Virus record (IMG/VR): IMGVR_UViG_3300010356_000549
Span: 1 to 64,000 of that record
Origin: a virus
Lineage: Duplodnaviria; Caudoviricetes
Direction: 5' to 3' (one strand)
Length of the DNA stretch: 64,000 nt
The first letter of the stretch is position 1. Every line of letters begins with the position of its first letter. Both the position numbers and the translations under genes were made by a program. Below, in pieces: positions 51,637-59,007 of the stretch. The notes beneath the pieces are model-generated. The model was not told the origin of the DNA. It searched no databases and was given only the letters and a program-made list of their open reading frames with translations.

Positions 51637-53295
51637 ATGAGTAAACAAAAGTATCAGAAGGCTCTAAGCCTTTTATCAGACAGCGGCATCGGTGTAATCC
51701 TCACCAGAACCCGCGAACCACTACGGGCTATCTCAGCTCTCCGGGAACTCTCCCAAACCAATCACCTTCCGTTCTGTCAGTGGGACGTTATGCGGGGCTG
51801 GCGCAGTTACGGTCCCAACGACCGGGAAGACACTCCACCTAAGGCGGAGAAAATCACCGACCCTTTTATGGCCTTGAAGGCCATCGAGGATATCGACAAT
51901 GCAGGGATGAACCGTAAAGAATCGGGCCTATTTGTGATGAGCGCTATTCATCATTGGATGGGCAAACACCCCGGCATAACGGAGTGCTTGCGTCACTACG
52001 TCAAAACATTCGCTGAGAAGGCCGACCTTCGACTTGTGCTGGTCTGCCCGGAGTCGACGATGCTACCGGAGGAGCTGCAACATGATATCCCAATCGTGGA
52101 CTTCGACCTGCCCGACCATGAGGAAATCAAAAGCATTTACGAATACATCCTGGCCTCGTCAACGCTGGAGGGCGAGGATGTTCCTGAGCTTTACGGGGAC
52201 GCGGAAACTGAGGCACTAATCTCATCCGCCGGGGGCATGACCACCATGCAGGCGGAGGCGGCCTATTCGCTGGCCATCGTCAAAAACCGTCCAGTCGACC
52301 GGGAGTGGCATGACATTCCCTTCTCAGCCTTCAACGGCTCCGTGCTGGACTCCAAAACTGAGGCTGTCAAACAGTCGGAAGTGCTGGAGCTACTGGAACC
52401 CGTCGAAATGTCTGACGTGGGCGGTCTGGAGGTTCTCAAGGAGTGGATCACCGATGCAGCCCAAATGTTCTCCAAAGAGGCAAGGGATTTTGGGGCGGAT
52501 ATGCCGGACGGTATTGCGGCAGTCGGACCTCCGGGCACCGGGAAAACTCTTGTGGCCAAGGCTATCGCCACCACGCTGGGGCAGCCCTTAGTCAAGTTTG
52601 ACGTATCCAAGTGCTTCGGCAAATACGTCGGGGAGAGCGAAAGCAAGGTGCGGTCTGCCCTTAAGCAGCTTGAGGCCATGGGCCGGGTGGTCGTGCTTTT
52701 TGATGAGGTGGATAAGTCACTTGGCGGCTCTCACCAAGGCGGTGGGGATAACGGGGTTTCCCAAAGGGTGCTGGGGTCTATCCTGACCTTCCTTCAAGAA
52801 ACGTCTGCCCCTATCTTTCCAGTGTTCACCGCTAACCGGACCAACTCCCTGCCACCGGAATTGCTCAGGAAGGGGCGGCTTGATGAGGTCTTTGCGGTGA
52901 TGCCTCCCAACCGTATCGAGCGCGAGGCCATCCTGAAAATCCACCTGCGCAAGCGCAAGCAAACCGGGAAGATCAAAGATTTGGGCGTGGCAGTAGCGGC
53001 CAGCCGGGGTTACGTTTCCGCAGAGCTGGAGGCGGCAGTCAAAGAGGCGGTGAAGCACAGCTTCTGCCACGGCGTGGAGATTACCGGGCAACTGATAGCG
53101 GAGCAGCTTCTCAACATGGTCCCAATCTCTGTGGCCTTTGCCGAAGACTTTGCAGCGATGCAGGAGTGGGCAGCGAACAACGCTCGCCAAGCCTCTGCCC
53201 CTTGCGATGAGGACGCCAATGAGTCTATACCGGAGCCTAAGCGGGCGCGGAGGCGGGCTATTCAGGGTGACAACAACATCAACTCGAAAAACTAG
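51637..53295 (+). CDS. ycf46: Ycf46-like AAA+ ATPase
   Basis: VGGLEVLKEWI, GPPGTGKT, VLFDEVDK, TANRTNSLPPELLRKGRLDE; promoter TTGCAA-N16-TACTCT at 51575-51602. Confidence 0.85.
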   Translation: MSKQKYQKALSLLSDSGIGVILTRTREPLRAISALRELSQTNHLPFCQWDVMRGWRSYGPNDREDTPPKAEKITDPFMALKAIEDIDNAGMNRKESGLFVMSAIHHWMGKHPGITECLRHYVKTFAEKADLRLVLVCPESTMLPEELQHDIPIVDFDLPDHEEIKSIYEYILASSTLEGEDVPELYGDAETEALISSAGGMTTMQAEAAYSLAIVKNRPVDREWHDIPFSAFNGSVLDSKTEAVKQSEVLELLEPVEMSDVGGLEVLKEWITDAAQMFSKEARDFGADMPDGIAAVGPPGTGKTLVAKAIATTLGQPLVKFDVSKCFGKYVGESESKVRSALKQLEAMGRVVVLFDEVDKSLGGSHQGGGDNGVSQRVLGSILTFLQETSAPIFPVFTANRTNSLPPELLRKGRLDEVFAVMPPNRIEREAILKIHLRKRKQTGKIKDLGVAVAASRGYVSAELEAAVKEAVKHSFCHGVEITGQLIAEQLLNMVPISVAFAEDFAAMQEWAANNARQASAPCDEDANESIPEPKRARRRAIQGDNNINSKN

Positions 53296-53299
53296 AGTC

Positions 53300-53950
53300 A
53301 TGCCCTACATCAGAACATTAGTCGGGAACATCAATGAATACAGCGGCTCCTCCCAGGTGCGGGTGTTCCACTCCCCGCGAGCAGGCGGGCTCGGCCACCA
53401 AGAGCTTTTCTTGGATAAGGCTGCCGGGGAAGGGCCAACGGCTGGCAAGATTATCCAAAGGATGACCAACCCTATTTTCATCCCAGCCGTTGTGGGGAAG
53501 CCCAAGGAGATTGGGGGGATGCTGGTGGATCAAACCTTCTCCATCTCGGATGGTGAGATACTGAAAATCTTCGCTCATCTCCGGGGCGGCTACGGGAGCC
53601 GGGTTAAAACTGCCAACGTGTTTCTGCGGGTGCGGGAGGGCGCGGCAGTGCAAAAAATCAGAATCAAAATCTCAACCAATCCAAACGCGGCTTTCCAGTA
53701 TGCGGAGATTGAGGGGGCTTTTGACATTCTGGACCCTGATGACGTGGAAGCAACGGGAGTGAAGATGCTGGAGCAATTCCGGGACTCCATGAGCCTTGCG
53801 AACCGTCAAAGGGTGATCAGTGAAGTGATAGTCATTCAGCCTGAGGTTAAGGCTGTCCAAAAAATGGTTAAAAAGGAAACCATCGGGGTCGACGGCACAA
53901 AGGTCGTCACCTTTGAAGTCAAACGTAAAAGAGCAATCAGAACCAAGTAA
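53300..53950 (+). CDS. hypothetical protein
   Basis: 3' part of track ORF 53138..53950; ATG at 53300 follows the AAA stop. Confidence 0.65.
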   Translation: MPYIRTLVGNINEYSGSSQVRVFHSPRAGGLGHQELFLDKAAGEGPTAGKIIQRMTNPIFIPAVVGKPKEIGGMLVDQTFSISDGEILKIFAHLRGGYGSRVKTANVFLRVREGAAVQKIRIKISTNPNAAFQYAEIEGAFDILDPDDVEATGVKMLEQFRDSMSLANRQRVISEVIVIQPEVKAVQKMVKKETIGVDGTKVVTFEVKRKRAIRTK

Positions 53951-53963
53951 AAAAAGTAATATT

Positions 53964-54539
53964 ATGTCACATACAACGAGCATTAAGTCAGCTCCAATTA
54001 AGTCGGTGGCGGCCCTGAAGGGGTGTATCGCAGAAATGCGGGCCAATGGAATGAAGATCAACCTTAAAGAGAACGCGGTCCCGCGCATGTTTTACCGGGA
54101 CCAAATCTCGCGGCACGTTAAGGCGGCTGAGGCGGCGAGGGCACCCGCTGATAAGCTGGGTTTACAGTTCCACACAAACCCGGAGGAATGCGACTACGTT
54201 ATTGAGCTGGAGGACGCATATTATGACATCGCCCTGATCAAAGACAAGAATGGCTATCTCGTGCCCTTCTTTGATGACTACAACTATCCCTCGCAGTCGA
54301 GTGGCACTAAGGCCACCAAACCCATCCGGGGCGTTCTCGGGGCAAAATACGAGGGCAAGGTGGAGCACTGGAGCGGCGAGCGGGATGCCACAGATCAAAC
54401 CCTGCATTCCGTAGGGAAGCTGCTTCAAGGGTATGCCCGGCACGCGGCCATGGAGGCGGCGACTATGGCGGGCTACCAAGTGCTGGGGTATGAGGAGGAT
54501 GACAAGGGGTGGCAACACCTGCTGGTCGAAGTCAATTAA
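53964..54539 (+). CDS. DUF1257/Ycf35-like protein
   Basis: MSHTTSIK..IKSVAALK, LLQGYARHAAMEAA..GY. Confidence 0.65.
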   Translation: MSHTTSIKSAPIKSVAALKGCIAEMRANGMKINLKENAVPRMFYRDQISRHVKAAEAARAPADKLGLQFHTNPEECDYVIELEDAYYDIALIKDKNGYLVPFFDDYNYPSQSSGTKATKPIRGVLGAKYEGKVEHWSGERDATDQTLHSVGKLLQGYARHAAMEAATMAGYQVLGYEEDDKGWQHLLVEVN

Positions 54540-54574
54540 GCCTAACCGGAGTTCAACAATAACCGACTAAAATT

Positions 54575-54781
54575 ATGGGATCTAAACAAATCAAAATCAG
54601 CATCTCGCCCATCGGCGAGGTCAAGCTACTGACAGAGGGTTTCGCGGGGATGGGGTGTTTGGCGGCAGCCAAGCCCATTCTGGACGCCTTAAGCGACCAC
54701 ACCAAGCCTCCCGAGATTGAAATCACGGGGGAAGGCTATGCCACGGAAACTGAATCGGAGCTGGAGTGCCAAGTAGGATGA
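54575..54781 (+). CDS. DUF2997-like protein
   Basis: KQIKISISPIGEVKLLTEGFAGMGC. Confidence 0.7.
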   Translation: MGSKQIKISISPIGEVKLLTEGFAGMGCLAAAKPILDALSDHTKPPEIEITGEGYATETESELECQVG

Positions 54782-55104
54782 AGCAAGTCATCTCCATTGC
54801 GCCGGACGGCTCCATGCACGCACTAAAGCAATGCAATGCGCTTGACCTGCGGGCTTTTGGCCGGGCGGATATTCGCCGGGCTACCCTGATTGAGTGGGAT
54901 GCGGACCTACAGGCATGGTTCATCCGCTGGTGCGACCCTAGGCTGGGGGAAGGCGTGTGGAAGCACGAGGATGGCCGGGTCATCACCTTCCAGGAGTATG
55001 AGGAGGCAGTGGCCCATGAGGTGGCCACCATCCAAACGATGCAGAGAGCTGGGAAACTGGCGGCTCTGGGGGCCATCCTCCATTGTGTTCAGGCCGAAGC
55101 CTGA
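54778..55104 (+). CDS. hypothetical protein of the Ycf46 neighbourhood
   Basis: VISIAPDG..DLRAFGRADIRRATLIEWD; coupled start. Confidence 0.6.
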   Translation: MKQVISIAPDGSMHALKQCNALDLRAFGRADIRRATLIEWDADLQAWFIRWCDPRLGEGVWKHEDGRVITFQEYEEAVAHEVATIQTMQRAGKLAALGAILHCVQAEA

Positions 55105-55117
55105 AAGGTAAAAAAAG

Positions 55118-55159
55118 GCGGCTCCCTAGGAAAGTTTTTCCGAAAACCTAGGGAGCCGC
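55118..55159. repeat. perfect 13-bp inverted repeat GCGGCTCCCTAGG/CCTAGGGAGCCGC
   Basis: A-run on the 5' side only. Confidence 0.8.
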
Positions 55160-55223
55160 AAACACACTGAGAAGTCACACATCTTTCGATGTCGCGGCAA
55201 TAACTTAACGCTGGGAAGAACTA

Positions 55224-56393
55224 ATGTCTAGCAAATCTTTGATTACTTATCGAAATATTCATCGCCTGCTGGTTAGGGAGTGGGCACCTCACTTGACACA
55301 TGTGGAATATCGGGCATTACATTTTATATTGGATCGCACACTTGGATGGAACAAAACATGGGAAAAAATAACCCTCAAACAAGCCGTGGAGGGCATAGAA
55401 AACAACGGGGTAATATACGCTTCCCCCTTCTCGCCAAACTCGGCCAGCGGAGCCAGCAAAGCCCTGAAAGGTTTACTGGAGAAGGGTGTGATCGAGGCTC
55501 AAGCCGGGCCGAACCGGACCAACAAATACAGAATAAACGAACAGTGGCAACCTATGAAAATATCAAAAAGGCGGGCGGCGGAGGGGAAAAAAGAGTACCT
55601 AGAGGAGGTAATCAGAGTACCTAATTTAGGTACGCCGGGAGTACCTAATTTAGGTACGCGAAGAAGTACAAAAGAAAGAGGAGAAACTGATAAGAGTTCC
55701 GATGCCGGGGGCATCGGTGATCTGGAGGAGCAATTCGCTCTGATAGCTGAAACCAGAAAGGGGAAGCTCAAGGGTAAGGCAAAGGAGGGGAAAGCGCTAA
55801 GGCCGGATGGAACGGGATTCCGGCCTTTTCAAAAGAACGTCCCTGCCCTTTGGTTCACCCTGCTCTCCGAGCATCACCCTGAGGCACCCCGTTCCCTATC
55901 TCCCGTCTCTGCCTCCATCCTTTACAATTACTGGGGGTCATGGACTCAGGCCAGAGACTCCGGGGAGTTCGGGGAGTTCCTGGAGTGGGTGTTCAAGCGC
56001 TGGCACAGCCTAGGGGCGATTGCCTTTCACTGGATGGGCGCTTTTCCCACCTACCCGGACGTGAGGATCATCACAGCCGTTTATCACCGGATGACCATTG
56101 AGGAGTGGTATCGCAATCAGGTGGCCTTCGAGGATTTAACTCACTTGACCCCGGACGAGCGCAGGAAGCGCTTCATGGAACGAGAATGGGGGATGGACGC
56201 CGGGGAAGCCGAGCGCAGGGTGGCCAAGATACGGGGTGAGCGGGACCAATTGGCCGAAGTGGAGCGCGAGAGGGCGCGGCTAAGGGTGGAGGTTGAAAGA
56301 TTCAGGCAGGAGAAGGCTGCGGCATCCCGAGGCCGGGAAAGAACAAGGCGCAACGCGCCACTACAATTAATCGACGACGAACATGATGAATAA
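55224..56393 (+). CDS. replication initiator (lambda O-like N-terminal wHTH)
   Basis: YRALHFILDRTLGWNKTWEKITLKQ, LKGLLEKGVI; internal repeats; heads the replication genes. Confidence 0.7.
   Translation: MSSKSLITYRNIHRLLVREWAPHLTHVEYRALHFILDRTLGWNKTWEKITLKQAVEGIENNGVIYASPFSPNSASGASKALKGLLEKGVIEAQAGPNRTNKYRINEQWQPMKISKRRAAEGKKEYLEEVIRVPNLGTPGVPNLGTRRSTKERGETDKSSDAGGIGDLEEQFALIAETRKGKLKGKAKEGKALRPDGTGFRPFQKNVPALWFTLLSEHHPEAPRSLSPVSASILYNYWGSWTQARDSGEFGEFLEWVFKRWHSLGAIAFHWMGAFPTYPDVRIITAVYHRMTIEEWYRNQVAFEDLTHLTPDERRKRFMEREWGMDAGEAERRVAKIRGERDQLAEVERERARLRVEVERFRQEKAAASRGRERTRRNAPLQLIDDEHDE
55615..55659. repeat. two 21-bp direct repeats GAGTACCTAATTTAGGTACGC, each palindromic; candidate origin iterons
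   Basis: 55615-55635 and 55639-55659, inside the initiator gene. Confidence 0.75.
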
Positions 56394-56943
56394 AGACCAA
56401 GACGAGATCAAGAAAATGCTTAGGGCGGCTGGAGTCCCTGCTTCCTATTGCGTGCCCAAAAAGTGGACAGAGCTGGGAGATGGAGCCGTGATCATATCAA
56501 ACTGGCTCAAGAACGACGGGCTGGCGGCTTTGCAGGATGGCAAGGTGATGCTGCTGGAAGTGCCTCTTACACCCTCGATGAAGCCAGATAAGGCAATCGA
56601 GCAGGCCGAGAACATAAGGTGGACCTACAACTTATGTCACGCCTATGCTATACTCAACAAGCTGCCTACATCAAGGTTTGATGCCTGGGAGCTGCGGGAG
56701 GACGTTAAGTGGGAGGCACTGGAAGAGTCGTCCATAATTTTTGTGGAGGGAGTGTATTCGAGGGGCAGCACAGGGTTTACCCCAGAACAGCGTAGAACCA
56801 TTGAGTTCTTTCTCAAGACCGCACTTGAGCGGAATATTGGGCTGGTGATTTTGCAAGATCGTGCAAATTCAGGCAATTCGTGGGAGGGCTTCTCCCAATC
56901 ATTCGAGGCATTAATCCGGTCCCGCATCGCTATCTTGGTATGA
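56383..56943 (+). CDS. putative helicase loader (degenerate DnaC/IstB-like)
   Basis: position between initiator and DnaB; LRAAGVP..Y N-terminus; no intact Walker A. Confidence 0.4.
   Translation: MMNKDQDEIKKMLRAAGVPASYCVPKKWTELGDGAVIISNWLKNDGLAALQDGKVMLLEVPLTPSMKPDKAIEQAENIRWTYNLCHAYAILNKLPTSRFDAWELREDVKWEALEESSIIFVEGVYSRGSTGFTPEQRRTIEFFLKTALERNIGLVILQDRANSGNSWEGFSQSFEALIRSRIAILV
56850..56867 (-). repeat. 18-bp quasi-palindrome, copy 10
   Basis: exact reverse complement inside a CDS. Confidence 0.95.
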
Positions 56944-58229
56944 GTCAGGGAACTAAATTCATCAGGGCGGTGTGTGATGCCAACGACTGGAAAACCCTGC
57001 GCAGGGCGAGTGCTCGCCTTTTTACCGAGGAGGAGACGCCTTTGTTCAATTATGTCCGGGATTATCATGCCAACTATGGCACGTTGCCTACGGTACAGAT
57101 CCTGACTGCGGAGGCGGGATTTACCCTGCCAATGATAGGGACACGCGGCAACGCGGCTTTTTGGTTTGATTCGTTGCGCCAGCGTTACGCCCACACCAAG
57201 GTTAGGGAGCAATGGCCCGCCCTGATTGACAGTGTGGGGATGGGAGCGAGCGGGACACTGGACATTGCGGCCACTATTTCGACCTTAAGGGAGATGCTGG
57301 CTTCTGCGGCCTTCGGGGATACCGGGCAATTGGTCACGATGGCTGACATGGCGGAGGCAATCCGGGATAAGATCGCCTATGCCCGAAACCATCCGGGGCT
57401 TATCGGTATCTCAACAGGCTGGGCCACACTGGATGAGGCTACCCAAGGCATGATGGGGGGCGACCTAATTGTAATTGCGGGGCGACCATCCATGGGCAAA
57501 TCTTACCTGCTTATGGAGATGGCGCTGGCGGCCAATAGGCTGGGGAAAGTCATAGCCATGACTTCCATGGAGATGGGCCTGGATCAGCTCACCTTTAGGT
57601 GGCTGGGGAGGCTGACCGGGATTAACCCTACCTTGATACGCAAGGGGGAGCTGGACACCTACCAATATCAACGTGTCAGGGATGCCCTTGACGATATAGA
57701 AGACCCACTTAGTGACATACACCTAATCGCCGGGAACATGTCCAAGTCAGTGGAGGCGATTGAGGCCATGATCATCGAGACCGGGCCTGAAATCGTCTTT
57801 ATCGACTCTGCTTACCTTTTGTCCCCCTCAGGTAAGGCGAAAGGCTACGTTTCCAAGTGGGAGAGCATAAGCGAGGTGGTCAAAGAGCTGAAACAAATGG
57901 CGCTACGGTATGACATTCCGATCGTGATCACGGTGCAGTTCAATCGCAACCAAAAATCCACCTCAACAAAGGCGCTCGACATGGGCGATATTGGGGGGAG
58001 CGACTCCATACCGCAGGATGCGTCAATCGTGCTGGGCGCGAGGAAAGGGCCGAAGCCTTACACTGATACACGCAGGATTATTGAGGTAATGAAAAACAGG
58101 GAGGGAGCCTGCCCTACGTTCGCGACAGCCTTCTCCTTTGCCCCTGTCACGATGGAGGAAGTGGAGTATTCACCTTCAATCAATATTCATGGGGAACCAA
58201 CCCCGGAACTAACAGCATGGATGGGATAA
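56940..58229 (+). CDS. dnaB: DnaB-like replicative helicase
   Basis: IAGRPSMGKS, SMEM, IVFIDSAYL, QFNR, DIGGSDSIPQDAS, MKNREG. Confidence 0.93.
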   Translation: MSQGTKFIRAVCDANDWKTLRRASARLFTEEETPLFNYVRDYHANYGTLPTVQILTAEAGFTLPMIGTRGNAAFWFDSLRQRYAHTKVREQWPALIDSVGMGASGTLDIAATISTLREMLASAAFGDTGQLVTMADMAEAIRDKIAYARNHPGLIGISTGWATLDEATQGMMGGDLIVIAGRPSMGKSYLLMEMALAANRLGKVIAMTSMEMGLDQLTFRWLGRLTGINPTLIRKGELDTYQYQRVRDALDDIEDPLSDIHLIAGNMSKSVEAIEAMIIETGPEIVFIDSAYLLSPSGKAKGYVSKWESISEVVKELKQMALRYDIPIVITVQFNRNQKSTSTKALDMGDIGGSDSIPQDASIVLGARKGPKPYTDTRRIIEVMKNREGACPTFATAFSFAPVTMEEVEYSPSINIHGEPTPELTAWMG

Positions 58230-58234
58230 CAAAT

Positions 58235-58444
58235 ATGGAAAAAATATACGAGCTAATAGGAGGCCCACTTGATGGGGCGGTCAGACGGATAGACATGACA
58301 ATCGAAGGGGTGGCAGTCAAGGAGTGGAGCAATCGCATATCCATCTACAGGCAACTAGCATACGGGGGCACCTCTGCGAGGGCCAAGACCATTCACCCGT
58401 CCCTGCTGTATAGGGGGACTGTAAGCAGGCCGACGGCCAACTAA
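58235..58444 (+). CDS. small hypothetical protein
   Basis: ELIGGPLDG motif common in phage small proteins. Confidence 0.55.
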   Translation: MEKIYELIGGPLDGAVRRIDMTIEGVAVKEWSNRISIYRQLAYGGTSARAKTIHPSLLYRGTVSRPTAN

Positions 58445-58447
58445 CAA

Positions 58448-58465
58448 TTTGCACGATTTTGCAAA
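58448..58465 (+). repeat. 18-bp quasi-palindrome, copy 11 (1 mismatch)
   Basis: TTTGCACGATTTTGCAAA, 11 nt before the next ATG. Confidence 0.9.
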
Positions 58466-58476
58466 AAACACACAAT

Positions 58477-59007
58477 ATGGGAACGACATTGAATAAAGCA
58501 GAGTTGGAGCTGAGGATTGATGAAGCCGTCAAACTAAGCCTAGCTAAAATCCCCGGTTCCGACGTGGCGATAGCGGGGGCGTGCGTCCTTTACGCGCATG
58601 AGACGGCTAAGGTTCTACAGGAGGAGGGCTACACCGCGTTGGTGCAGGGCGGCTCGGCATTCTGGAGGATGGCACCTGATAGCGAGCCGGGGATGACTTG
58701 GTTTGGGTATGGCTTCAACAAGGACGAGGCTGCCCACGCGGTCACGAGGGGCTACCTTCCAGAGTTACACGCTTGGGTGGTGGTGATGGAAACCGAGGAG
58801 CTGGTCGATTGCACCGCGAAACACCAAGCTACACAATTGCGCAACACCTTCCTGTCCGAAGGGATCAGGAAGGAATGGAGGGAGCAGTACACCCTACCCT
58901 CCACGATATGGAAAAAATGGAGCGACGTAGGGGCGCGGGAGAGATATGCTGCGGACGATTTTGCCACAGCCATCGTGAACAGAATGATCAAAAAATACTT
59001 TTTATGA
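58477..59007 (+). CDS. hypothetical protein
   Basis: GACVLYA, ELHAWVV, ELVDCT; coupled to polA. Confidence 0.65.
   Translation: MGTTLNKAELELRIDEAVKLSLAKIPGSDVAIAGACVLYAHETAKVLQEEGYTALVQGGSAFWRMAPDSEPGMTWFGYGFNKDEAAHAVTRGYLPELHAWVVVMETEELVDCTAKHQATQLRNTFLSEGIRKEWREQYTLPSTIWKKWSDVGARERYAADDFATAIVNRMIKKYFL

Noticed and set aside
3010-58465. The 18-bp motif as CRISPR repeats or a mini-array
   Set aside because: Copies are single and kilobases apart, in both orientations, with no regular spacers and no cas genes in the window.
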